A stretch of 64,000 nt of DNA, taken from Marsupella aquatica (lineage: Eukaryota > Plantae > Marchantiophyta). Position numbers and translations under genes: made by a program. Positions 52,385 through 64,000 of the stretch are shown here, in pieces. The notes under the pieces are model-generated. The model was not told the DNA's origin and searched no databases. It saw only the letters and a list, made by a program, of their open reading frames with translations. Location: contig OZ316898.1 in the NCBI GenBank assembly GCA_973895155.1, positions 7,985,079 through 8,049,078 of the forward strand, written 5' to 3'. Each line of letters begins with the position of its first letter. Positions within the stretch are counted from its first letter, which is position 1.

Positions 52385-53757
52385 TTGCTTTCATCTCAGT
52401 GGCTTCATCGACAACTCAGTCTTCCTATTTCTCAGGGCGGGTTTGGGCTTACTTCGATTGAGCACCTTGCAACTTTGGCCTTTTTGGGCGCGTGGGCGGT
52501 CGTCTTCTCATTGTTGGCAGATCATTTCCTTACTAAGGATCGACCTTTTTTACTTTTGTCTCTCATGGAGGTAGAGGACGGTTCCCTCCCATTTTAGGTT
52601 CATTTGTGCGCAGCGCGATCATCATTACCACATCCATGCTGCATTACCTTAATTTCAGGAGTTTTTATCCTTGGACCTCATCCGTCTTAAGGCAGACCTT
52701 GCTGGGCGTAGGCACACTTTCACCCTCTCCAGCATCTTCACCGAGGCACCTGACACGGACCGAGCTTGGATTCTTTCTTCCGGAGGGAAGGGCGCTGGGG
52801 GTTGGCTTCAGGCCAATCCAGTCGTTCCTCATTTGCGGATGTCTTCAACGGAGTTCTCGACAACCATGTATCTTCGTATGGGGCTGCCCCACCCACTTCT
52901 TGTTGGTTTACCTCCCTCTTGCATTTGTGGGAAGCCTTGTGATGCCACAAATGTCCATTTTTGTTGGTGCAATTTGGGCGGCGAAACCATTTTTGTTCAC
53001 GATGCTACGAGAGATGCGACTGCTCAGGTTCTCTTTGGCTCTTTGGTCAGCGTACGGCGGGAGATGGTGCTTGAGTTACCTGGTCCTCCATCACAGCGGT
53101 TACGGGTGGATCTTAAGTACTATGGTCTGTGAGGGTCAACGTACTTTGGCAGATATAGTAGTGGCAAACCCATTGCGCCAAGACATCATTGGGTCAGCGG
53201 CAACAACGGCAGGGGCAGCGGCATCACGAGTGGCAACAACAAAGGAGGCCAAATATGTTGCCTGAGCTTCATCTGATAGCTTTCTCCCCCTTGCTCTTGA
53301 GATATTTGGGCATCCCCACCATCAATTCGACGGGATTCTTCGACATGCTGCTCAGGATGTTCATGGTCGGATGGGTCCCACCGAACCCCCGCTATCTGTT
53401 TTGACCACGCACTTTTGCCAATGCATTTCAGTCACCTTACAGCGTGCTCAAGCTCGGGCCATCCATCGTCGATCTCTGACAGTGGGTGCTAGTGTGCCTC
53501 CGCAGCGGCTAGCCCCCCTAGAGGACATTTCAGTCCCACTTGCCGATTTAGTTTCGACACTTGATGTAGACCTTGGTCCATTTGTGGTTGTTTTAGTTCC
53601 CCTTTCTTGGTTCTTAGAGGTTTCCTTTCGCTCACTTCTTTCTCATTTGGTTTGCCCACCTGGGACCTCTTTTGGTTATTCTTTTGTACTCTGTTTGGCC
53701 AGTTTTTGTAAAAAGTTTGTGTGTATATATATTAAAGTGTTCAATATTTAAAAAAAA
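52385..53757 (+). mobile_element. 5'-truncated non-LTR retrotransposon with restriction-like endonuclease (CRE-like)
   Basis: LSLPISQGGFGL (end of RT), GAGGWLQANP, CICG..H..C zinc motif, HD..RD, RVDL..LADIVV, KEAKY; ends in a poly(A) at 53750-53757. Confidence 0.82.
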
Positions 53758-54029
53758 TTGAGGTTGGAAAGCTTTTGATCATAGCAACATGATAATTTTC
53801 ATCCAAGTTTGATTTTCTTTCATGGAATGTGAAAGGTAAAATTTTATTGTACTTTGACAAAAAACTATATAATTTAATGTGTTGTATGCGGGGCTATGAC
53901 TATGTCATTTTTCAAGACTAAAATAAAACCTCTTTTTTTGTTGACTAAATTGCAAAATTGAAATGTAAGTTTCTCTATATAAGGGTCAGTTTTCTCTATG
54001 AGATTTTATTTTCTGGGGAAAGCCAAATT

Positions 54030-54365
54030 TGTTAGATATTGCTCTAGTCTTGTGACTCATGAGCTAACCACAGTTAGTCTAACTCGGGTTAGGACTTAGC
54101 TAGGCAGTGCTGTTGTGCATATAGCCAGGGCTGATGCCAGACCCTGGTAGAACTTAGGCTCATTGTTACGGAGCTAGTTGAGAGATAGAGAGAGCTTGTG
54201 CTATGGATGCTTGGTATGACCGTTCGGTCTAGAGTGCAGTAAAGCTCTTGTGTGTTTCCGTGGACGCAGCCTCATGTGGAGGTAAACCATGTATCTCTCT
54301 GTGTCGACTCTTGTGCGTTGGATGGTTCATGGGCTTGCCGTTGCAAATGTCGTCTATGTTTAACA
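54030..54365 (+). mobile_element. Solo LTR (copia-like)
   Basis: TGTTA...TAACA termini, flanks AAATT and AGATT (5-bp TSD, 1 mismatch), U5-like GTGGACG..GGTAAACCATGTA. Confidence 0.78.
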
Positions 54366-55217
54366 AGATTTATTATGGGGGATTGAAATTCTACAATCAA
54401 GAACTATAATAAAGAGTTGCACCCTTCTTTGAAGTGGTCGTCATTTGAATTTGCAGTTTATGTGTCAGAAAACATCTAAAGAAACTTAGTATAGAAGAAA
54501 TAAATTAACCAAACCCTGCAAAAAGGTAACCCCGCAAAACAAGTACAAACAATCCTATCTATTCTTCCCTCGATACTTCCCTATAGTAGGCCAATGGATT
54601 CCCCCCTCTATCCTCCCATTGTCCTTGCAAGTACATACCCTTTCATAATGTATTTTTCAGGACAAGCCCAATCCCTGATCTCTCTCAATTCTTCTCTATA
54701 CAATCTGGACTTGCCCCTCCACTTGGTACTTGCTCCAAGAAAACAAATACACTAAAAAAATTGGATATGTTTTTAAATGAAATGGCAACACATTGAGGAC
54801 AATAACTAAAGCTTCATGATGTGCAATTTCTTCACATTTTAAAAGGTTTACAAGGAATTAAAAAATGAAAAATACAAAGAGAAAAATCATTCTTAACTGG
54901 TGATAGTTTGCGACACATTTGCCATTTTTGTTGTTGTTTGGTGTTTGTACTCTTTGGGCCTCTTTTACTTTGGGTTCACTCTACTTTGTTTATTCCTTCT
55001 GTACAAACTATGGTTTTTCTTCTTGCATTTTCCCTAAGATAACAATAACTCCCCCACCTCCCCATTTATTGCCGAGGGAGCTGGCATTTAACGCTCCTCC
55101 CCAGCATTGATTGCACCAGCTGACATTAATTGCTGATTGCATTCTCTAGTACGAACAATTCACTCGTGTGTTATTCGCCTCTCAAATTGTACCAACTACT
55201 GTACAATAATGCACATC

Positions 55218-55372
55218 CTCAACGGGCTCCTCGATCAATATCTCCATCTCTGAGAGATGTACTGCTCAACTGGCTACTAGATCGATATCTGCACCTCTAG
55301 AATGGATTGCCTCCATGCCTCAATGGCCCGGGCTCAATGGGCTACTCGATCGATATCTGAGATATCTGCACC
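55218..55372. repeat. Short degenerate tandem repeat
   Basis: CTCAA..GGCT.CT.GATC.ATATCT recurs about three times. Confidence 0.65.
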
Positions 55373-56216
55373 TGACTTGATCAATGATAACTGGTAGCTA
55401 TATTAACAGTGGTGTCACTAGCCAACCAGTTATTATTCTCGGACAACTTCTACCCTTAAGAGAAATCTACTGAATTCAGCTTCCCCTTGTTATTCACGGT
55501 TGTGTCCTGTGGTTCTTGCTCGAATCGACGACTACACTGAGTCACCTTCGATTTCCGCTTTTGATTTTGGCTAAATGTTCTTTGAACAGGATTCGCCCAG
55601 GAGTCGCGTAGCTGGCTACCGGTGAGACAATTTAGCAGGATTGATCAACTGAGGAAGAGAACCAGCTTGACTACGCACTGATGCCATCACTGTCGTCGGT
55701 ACCACTCTCCTCGACGATTCAGGTATCATGTTTTGTGTGCCTTTCACAGTCTATCAACTTAGAAATTCTTCGAGAGTTCTGTGGTAATTGTAGCAAGTGA
55801 AATCGACCTCCAGGAACTTCACTTTTAGACTAGCTGCAATCTGCGTAAAGACTCCCAAATCCTGTGAAGCACGATGCTCCCGTGTCTCGCCATCGATGCT
55901 GCATACTGCATACCAGACATTGCTCATGAACTCGGAATCTAACGTTCGCCTGTTTTGCGCATTTTGCAACGTTTTACAGCTATTCGCAGCTACTTCTACA
56001 GAATACTTACAAGACCTGAGAAATTCACTTCGCAATTCAGTCCTACAAAGAATTCTCCAAAGCTGATGTTGGTTTTATCCCAATGTGGGCAAAGTCCCAA
56101 TGCTTCTTTCCAAGAGCACTTGGCGTTTAGGACGGGGCCGTCAAGGACGCAAGCCACAAATCCAATTGCTTTTGCGACTCTGTGTCACAGAAAACATGGC
56201 AATCGATTAGAGGTGT

Positions 56217-56867
56217 TCAACTTGTATTAACTGCGGACCAGCTTTCACCTTGTCTACATGTATCTGCAGAAGGAAAGAGTGCGAATCGGTCACGAATTGG
56301 AATGGATCGAAACAAACCTGCATCCGTGTGATTGGATATGTTAGCATGGAGTGTTGCCCATGACGGGGTTTTGGAGTCCTTGCGTTCGCTGAGGCCGGTG
56401 GAATTGGAGGAATATTCCGAGGCAGACAAACGGTAGCTTGGAACCAGAACACCGAAACTTTCTACCACTTCATTCCCAGAGAAATCTTGTGGGTGAGGCT
56501 CAAACCATCCCACCGACCAATCCGATGCATCAGAATCAGAGCCAGACATGGAGCATCCGTCCGAAGGAACAATAACAATGTCAAATTCGCCGTCGGTCTT
56601 CTTCTCATGCCAGCTCCTGCTTCGAGTTCTTCCCCTACCTCCTCCTCGCCTAGGCGCCTCACTCAATCCGGGCAATCGCCCAGGTACGGTGGCTGTCTCC
56701 TCGTTCAATCTACACACAACATTCTCTGTTGCACTAGTGCTGTTATTACTGTGCGTCCTCAATTCGTGTCCAGTTGGCTGAATTGAGGAAAACACAGCAG
56801 CCTCCTTAGCAACGCCGTTCGGCTTCCTCCACATCCCGCCCGCCATAGCCATGGTAGCAGTCGCCAT
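56217..56867 (-). CDS. Uncharacterised plant protein with WSVGWFEPH / FGVLVPSY motifs
   Basis: 216-aa ATG-initiated ORF. The motif pair resembles a conserved land-plant family of unknown function (from memory). Confidence 0.7.
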   Translation of the reverse strand: MATATMAMAGGMWRKPNGVAKEAAVFSSIQPTGHELRTHSNNSTSATENVVCRLNEETATVPGRLPGLSEAPRRGGGRGRTRSRSWHEKKTDGEFDIVIVPSDGCSMSGSDSDASDWSVGWFEPHPQDFSGNEVVESFGVLVPSYRLSASEYSSNSTGLSERKDSKTPSWATLHANISNHTDAGLFRSIPIRDRFALFPSADTCRQGESWSAVNTS

Positions 56868-59800
56868 GATCTTCCTGCTTTAGTCCTTATTCTACTGCTG
56901 AAATAGATTGCTCGTCAGGCAACAATAAGCTGATCCTTGCTGCTTTCAAAGAGCTTAGCCGGCTTCACCTTTACTCTTCCTCCCCATCCAAATACACTCT
57001 GTACAAACAAATCCCAGCTAAGCAACGCGCTCTTCCTCGCTTCCTCGCTTCCTCGCTTCCTTGCTCCAACTTCACCACTACGTCGCCCCAGTCCCCGCTC
57101 TGCAGCCCAATTCCAGTCCAGCTGGGCAAAACTCCAATCTACAATTGACTCTTCTCCTTACGCAACGCAGAAACAACTGTAGTGCGAACCTGCGCTTGCT
57201 GCGACTGAGTGAGTCATGTTCAATCTCCCAGCACGTCTACGAAGGAAACTTCTCCCTTTCTACAACCACAGCACAGTGGCTGCTGACTCACAAGGCAATT
57301 CGCCTCCGCTACAGTACTACTGTATCTGTTTATCTCTCCACGGAACAACTTCACAGCCGCAGCCGCATTGAAAGCGTATCTTAATTATGCACCTCCCTGT
57401 CAAGTGAACGGGCCTGAAACCGACATCTCTTCTCTAAACTCACTCAGGTGCCGCCTAAAATTGGACTCGGACCCCACTCGCAGCTATCATTGCGGTTAAC
57501 TAGGAGATCCACGTTCGAGTAGTCAGGAGGCGGGGGGGCGGAGAGAAGCGCGGGGTGGGGAGGGTAGAGGAGTAAGGTAAGAAAGCAACGGGAACAATTT
57601 CTTAGTGAAGATATTCTAGTTTAACTTTCCTTCGTGTTGTTGAGGGACGTTCGACGCTCTTACGTAATCCTCCAGAAAAGTAAGGGTCAGCAGTTGCGAG
57701 CTCCAGGAGACTCTCCAGCCAGAGAGGATAGAGAGACGCATCGATGGTTGGATGTATGACTGCGTGCTGCGCGCGCAAGCCAAGAGGAGTCTGACGAGAC
57801 AGGATGATAAACTGATACCCACAAACGATGGCTCGGGGCCTCGCTCTCTCGCCCTTCCCCCTTGGCGGTGGAGTATAGGAGTCCTTTCGGACGATACAAG
57901 CCCTTAATACTATGGCATCATTCGGATTTCTGGCCGTGCCTGCTCGTGGGTGGCCCATAGCTTTAGTACATTGAAGCACTGCACCTCAGTAATTTGTTTT
58001 TTTCAAGGCCAAATAAGCCCATTCCAGAGGAGGGGAGGGAATAGACTAACAACGTAATGCTGAGGACCGTCAAGGAAAGAAACATTGATGAAGAAGGTCG
58101 CTCATCCATGCATGCATGGATCCCTCCTTCCCCTAGGGCCAAACACTTCACTTGACTAAGAGAATCATTGACAAGAAAGATGTCTCATCCATGATCCTTC
58201 CTTCCAGCCTTCCACGCACCTCACTTGACTCAGCTGCAAACTCCGAATCAAATCTCAACTGCTCGTTCAAAGTTGGGGGCCCATACGTTAACAAGTTTTT
58301 GTCTTCTGGGATTTGCTCGAGTGGGTGAGTGGAGCACCATGGCACTTCGCTTTCCAAGAGAAAAGTAGCCTCTAAACGTAGAAACAGCAGAGAAAAAGCA
58401 GCTGCGTCTCCAGTCTCCACCATTCTGCACTAACTTTGTACCACAAAACCTCAAGCCCTCCCTCCTGCGAATCCTTGCTCGGTCAATCAATCCTCTCAGT
58501 AGGATCTCTTTCTAGAATCTCGTGAGATTACTTTCCCATGATGCGATTACAGTGGACAAGATAGGGACGTCGTTGAAGTTAACAACGTTCAAATTAAGTT
58601 GACTGAAAAACAAATTCTGTTGACAAGAAGTTTTCTTGGTAAAATTTTTTGGGATTTGGAAATACAGGACAACTAAAACCCCAATCAACAAAAGCACATC
58701 CCTGCGAAGGCCCAGTGAGAAAGGTTGCCAGGGGTTGCCAGAGGCATCTCACATAGTGACATATTATCGCAATCGTTCCAGCTATGAATTGAAAACTAAG
58801 TATGCTACCACAGCAGGTGTCTCGGGTGACGGTCGGACGAAACTCCTATGGTGGAACCAATTCAGAATGTGCATCCTGTTACAAGCATGTTGTCATAACT
58901 TAGAGACCCACTTTGACAAGGTGAGCCTGAAACACCTAAGATCAGAGTTGCTACGGACCCTCGCCATCCTTCCCAATAGTTCACTCCCACTAGCTCACTC
59001 CCACTAGCTCACTCAACCCTTCCTATTCTCCTTCGAAATGTTCCCTTTAAACATAAAAAGCGCAAAACATAATTAAGCTCTGATATATAGTTGGTTACAA
59101 CACAACTTATTCTTCTCTGACCTGCTATCTATAAACTAGTTTTGACAACCTCCAGCCAAGTCTAGAACATCTCTCCCAACTTCGTTTTCAGTAACTTGAC
59201 GATCAACCGATTTCTTTGGGCCTTCAATTCGTCTCAGGGATACAAGCAGCTTTGTTCCCTTGGATCCTGACTTGGTTATCTTTTAACAAATGAGGAACAT
59301 TTTTCGTTAGACACCACATAGTCTCGATTCATGTTCATCTCATCCTTCACCTCTTTCTTTCCCTTTTTCTAGGTTCTCTAATTTGACTGTTGCAGTAAGC
59401 TACAATTCCAATCAATGCTGGTGCCAAACACTGTCCATTGGTGATTCAGCACTTTTCTACCAGCCGAAGATGTACCCCCATTCATCAAGACAAGCCTTCG
59501 ACACACATTCAGACAATGTCAAAACATCCTCAATTTCGACAAGCCATCATCTGAGCAGTTTTATGTCCAATCGTACTGCGAAAGGACTAATGATATAGAA
59601 TTCCGTGAAATTGTTCAAATATGTACAAAATCTGGCACCTCCTAATGGTGTGATGCCGTAATCTACTATACACAACCACCCAGGCATCAATTCAGCGAAG
59701 AAAACTGCAAAGTTTGAGAGATTATGAAACTCCACCTGTGGTCAGGCAGACGTGCTAGGCCATTTGATACCTAAATAATGTTTCACAGAGCTACAAGCTA

Positions 59801-60091
59801 CGCAACTGACTCAGAGAGGAAAAAAGAACACCTCAAGTAACAGAACGTATCATCCCACGAGTAGTTCTTCCTTCTCCTCATTGCAAGACGGTAACGCCTG
59901 TCTCCACTAGATGCTTGCCACCATCCTTACTGACGGGATATTCTCTACGATGCACAGCGTCGCATGGAGCAGCCCAGGCAACGTTTCCACTAATTTCCAC
60001 AGCTATATTATAGATTTGCAAGTTCTGGGAATGACTTTGAGCTGGGAATGACTTCGCTCGTAAGGAGCTGGGCACCTGCCGCAATTGCCAC

Positions 60092-61834
60092 TTAGATTCC
60101 TGCACCACCTTCCAGTCTACTCTCTAATAGTGCTTGATGATGGACTTGATATTCCTCGCAAAAGCTTTTGGTAGCATCCTGCTTCATCGTGAGAGAAGGT
60201 GCTGACTCCTCCAAATATCCAACCACTCTGGCAGGGGTTCCTGCAACCATACTATGAGGGGGAACATCTTTCAGCACAAGAGAACCAGAAGCCACCATTG
60301 CACCCCTCCCCACAGTTATGTTCCCTAGAATTGTAGCCCCTGCTCCAATAAGTACCCCCTCTTTGATCTTTGGATGCCTGTCCCCGGTCATTTTCCCTGT
60401 CCCTCCTAGTGTCACCCCCTGCAGCATGGAGACTCTGTCACCAACCACTGCAGTCTCACCTATAACAACTCCCGTGCCATGGTCCAGTAAGATGGCCTTC
60501 CCCAAGCGAGCTGCAGGGTGAATGTCCACAGCAAAGACCTCACTAATCCGACTTTGCAAAGCGAAGGCAAGGACTGTCTGGCCTCTAGTCCACAAGGCAT
60601 GAGCAATACGATATGCTTGGAGAGCATGATACCCCTTTAAATACAACAGAGCCAAACTGTAAGATCTGCAGGACGGGTCTCGATCCTTCACTGCCTGTAC
60701 ATCCAACCGTATAGCCTGCCTAATGTAAACATCATGCAGGAAAACGTCGTCAAAGACATCTAAGAGTTGGGTGGCCAACAATGTCGCATTCTTCAAACGG
60801 TTTGCAAGCACAAATCCAAGGGATCGCTCAAAGCATGAATGTGCAAGTATACTTGCATAAAGGAAGCTGCTGAGTAGGGGCTCTCGCTCTGCCTCCAATC
60901 TAGCTTCTGCTCTTATGGCGGCCCAGATTGGATCGTGTGAAATGAGATCCTCCAGGTTGCCTGGATCATTGGGGCATGGGCCGCTATTGGAACGTCCGGA
61001 AATGAGGACCGGAGACGCTGAGGACAACAACTGGGAGCCAAACTGTGAGTCGAATTCTTTCACTGAGGCAACTGCGGCAACGGCTGCTTTTGTGGCACCT
61101 GCAGTCCTTGAAACCCGTCTGGGGTCATCATCCGTCGCTTTTTCTCCATTACATCCACCGTCCTCAGATTCCTGTTCCACGTCGTTCTCCTTGCTCTGCA
61201 TGTAAGATGGGAACACATTCCTCCATTCTGCATTGTCTTCTACTGAGACCGGCGGCTTATTTATACTTTTCTGCTCTTGTGGATCCGACCCTTTCAGATT
61301 GTTGTTTCTGGTGTTCTTTCCGTCACTCGGAGGTTCCGCAGCTGCCGGTGCCGCTGTCAAACCTTCGATGCTGTCCAAACTACTATTCTTTGCTTGTTCC
61401 GATTTATGTCTACTGAGCTCGTCATCATCCTCTTCCTCACTCCAATTTGGCCCGAAGCCTTCGATGCTATCCAGACTGTTCTGACGCCCGAGAACAACAA
61501 TATCCTCTATAAATTGTGAGGACCCGAAACTGTTGTTCTTGAGTGGAGCAGTCGAGCTGCCAAGGTCATCCACATTTCCACTCCGAGACGCCCTATCTTT
61601 GCCAGATTCAGCATTCTCAATCGGCGACGACGAAGCAGAAATTAAACAATTTAATCTGTAAGCTTTGCCGGTACCGACCCTTCTACCAACCCCTAATCTC
61701 ATTAACCCTCCATTACTGCAGCACTGCACTGAGCCCAACTCTGGCATGACTTTGCTGGGCGGGACTACTTGCGGAGTTGTCTCCAGGAAGCAAACTCTGT
61801 TGGAAATGCAGGATTGAACTGGAACAAGAGCCAT
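60092..61834 (-). CDS. SERAT: Serine O-acetyltransferase with long N-terminal extension, intronless
   Basis: DPIWAAIRAEA, DRDPSC, KGYHALQAYRIAH, VDIHPAARLGKAILLDHGTGVVIGETA, DRHPKI and hexapeptide repeats. The N-terminus is transit-peptide-like. Confidence 0.95.
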   Translation of the reverse strand: MALVPVQSCISNRVCFLETTPQVVPPSKVMPELGSVQCCSNGGLMRLGVGRRVGTGKAYRLNCLISASSSPIENAESGKDRASRSGNVDDLGSSTAPLKNNSFGSSQFIEDIVVLGRQNSLDSIEGFGPNWSEEEDDDELSRHKSEQAKNSSLDSIEGLTAAPAAAEPPSDGKNTRNNNLKGSDPQEQKSINKPPVSVEDNAEWRNVFPSYMQSKENDVEQESEDGGCNGEKATDDDPRRVSRTAGATKAAVAAVASVKEFDSQFGSQLLSSASPVLISGRSNSGPCPNDPGNLEDLISHDPIWAAIRAEARLEAEREPLLSSFLYASILAHSCFERSLGFVLANRLKNATLLATQLLDVFDDVFLHDVYIRQAIRLDVQAVKDRDPSCRSYSLALLYLKGYHALQAYRIAHALWTRGQTVLAFALQSRISEVFAVDIHPAARLGKAILLDHGTGVVIGETAVVGDRVSMLQGVTLGGTGKMTGDRHPKIKEGVLIGAGATILGNITVGRGAMVASGSLVLKDVPPHSMVAGTPARVVGYLEESAPSLTMKQDATKSFCEEYQVHHQALLESRLEGGAGI

Positions 61835-62201
61835 CTCAAGTCAACAGTTTTCCCGATCTAAATTCAGGATTATCAATGTCTGCCGACATTCCTGACTGGA
61901 TCAAGACAATTGCATATGTACAATTTAGGCTCAAAACTCCACTCAGCTGAACTGTCTCTATTCCAAAGAAGCAGAACCTACCGACATGCAGCACCCTTAA
62001 ATCTCACGGCCGATCGCATTCCATTTCACTCCCAGTTGAGGGGATTCAGACGATCAGTTCAGATTGATCGAGAATCGCCAGCATGTTTGGAAAGCACCTC
62101 TCAATTTTGCGTTACAGGATTAGAAATTGCTTGTCTCAGCCTTGATTCAAGACAGTGATCTCGAAGTCGAGACAGAGAGATATAGAGAGAGAGAGGAAAA
62201 A

Positions 62202-62345
62202 AAGTTGACAGGACTGCAAAGCGAGAACCCACAGTCCCTTCAACGACACAGAAGTGCTGAACAACAGCAGCAAATTGGAAAAGGAAAAGGCAAGTTGACA
62301 GAGCTGCAAAGCGAGGACCCGCAATTCTTCAAACACCAACGATGT
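62202..62345. repeat. Duplicated ~50-bp motif upstream of SERAT
   Basis: AAGTTGACAG..CTGCAAAGCGAG.ACCC.CA at ~62202 and ~62292. Confidence 0.75.
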
Positions 62346-64000
62346 GTAAGCAGCGAACTCCTTCAACCTTCAAATCCACGCACCCACCCACCCACCGAGC
62401 GACAGACCACTAGCAGTAGACAAGATTCCGAAGCTGCAGAAAGGGTTTACACTCCGTGCTGACAAGTCCACTGAAGACAAATAAAACAGGATCAACCCGG
62501 GTCATTGAACCCAACACTATATGCTCCAGCAATCATAGGCAGTCATTTTTCCTGTCCACAGTGAGTAATAATTGTGCTTTAATACTGAATTCCTACGTGG
62601 ACGACTATCAGATTAGTCACATAGTGTCCACTCTAATTGCGCCATTCTGCGTTGGGCTGACGTTCTGTTTTGTCTTGTAGCAGGTTTTGTCTGAAATAAC
62701 CAAGAAAATCTGCACTCAACAGTGTTTGGGCGCTACACATAACGAGACTACTTTTTACCCGTTTTCTGGCAGATTTCATCACTTGGGTTGTTGGTTTATC
62801 GGGATTATCCACAAATTAAATATGTTTTAGCCTACTATGGAAGTCTCAAGCATCCATTCTGGCATGGACTTTTGTAAAGGAATCCTAAGACCATTTAATC
62901 TTCCTAAATCTTGCAATCATAATGCTCTATTCATAAATACATGGTGAGTGCCATGGTGCCCGTTTCCATTTTCATCCATAGAAATAGTAGTGCCCCATAG
63001 TCAAGATCATTCCCAGTTGAACCCCCAAAGTTAGTTACAGTGCTACACTCTAGATCTCAAGCTACACTCTAGAACATAGTCCCTGACCCAACCCTAACTT
63101 TGGGTTCAGCCCCTACTAGATAGATGTTATTTACAGATTTTTTTATTTCCACCCATCCATTAGAAAACTTTATTAAGTTGATTGCACTTCCCTACTAAGC
63201 CACCCTCACTATCGGTGGGCACACCATAACCACACTACGTGCAACAGTGGGTAGGGTGAGGCAGGCAAACAATGCCAACCTCCCGAACAATAAATGGATT
63301 TTGGTAGTGTTGCTGAGTTTGGGATGCCACCATTTGTGGAACCAAGACGCGGTGGTTCTTTCTGAAACAATTACCCAAAGGGAGAACAAATTGTGTGCAA
63401 TGTGAAAGTTCCAGTTTGGGGAAATAAGAATGTCCTTTACCTGAACAATACCAACCCCCCAAAGAACCCAACATGGCCTGCACACTAGTAAAACTCTTGT
63501 GTACGCCTTCTACTCTCCTCTTGCCTTCTTGTGTTGGGTTGTCTATGTGTTCTACATCTTAAGACTGTTGCCTTTCAAGGTGAGATTCAGATTACCTATA
63601 GCATTCGTGACACTAGTCACAGAAGATCGTGAACTGAAACTAGCTTTAGTACTCACTCAATTTCGGGTTGTATTCAGTAGGTGACAGTTGAGATGATCCA
63701 TTACATCGTAGAAGAGTTGCTGGCTAGCTTGCTGTTCTTCGTACACCGCGGCATGTGTGGTCTCCAGAGGCCAGAGCCAGCTAAGAGACAACTTGTCTAT
63801 TCACCCTGCTTGGGACACCTGTCATTTTCTTTAGGGGAGGTCGAAGTACATGACCATGGGTTAATGCTAGAAGGTTATTGTCAACGTTGCTGAAAGGACC
63901 CTGGAGTTGTTCAGCCTCTTTTCTGCAAATGGTAAGGATTCCGACTTATTTTTGCAGCAGGGTAGCCTTCCTTGCTGCCAAAGATGCATGATGCCTCAAA

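Noticed and set aside
57602-59007. Short ORFs between the uncharacterised gene and SERAT
   Set aside because: No recognisable motifs or coherent exon chain.

Overview
Eukaryotic, land-plant nuclear DNA; the genes look non-seed-plant or bryophyte-like, which is my inference. Host genes: an SCL28/DLT-type GRAS factor, a 5-exon IBR5 phosphatase, a UBA-domain protein, a 15-exon rhamnogalacturonan lyase, an uncharacterised plant protein and a serine acetyltransferase. A nested TE block at about 36-54.4 kb holds two opposed Ty1/copia fragments, a CACTA element, a CRE-like LINE and a solo LTR. hAT and Mutator-type elements with target-site duplications (TSDs) lie elsewhere. Two features stand out. 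(1) An intact, intronless SelO/FMP40 AMPylase (16071-17999) has ascomycete rather than plant motifs, and its first ATG lies in the last unit of an upstream tandem repeat; it is a candidate fungus-to-plant horizontal transfer. (2) A reconstructable SET-domain ORF is nested in the predicted first intron of a CACTA transposase gene; it is a candidate transposon-borne chromatin modifier. All calls come from reading the sequence; no searches were run.
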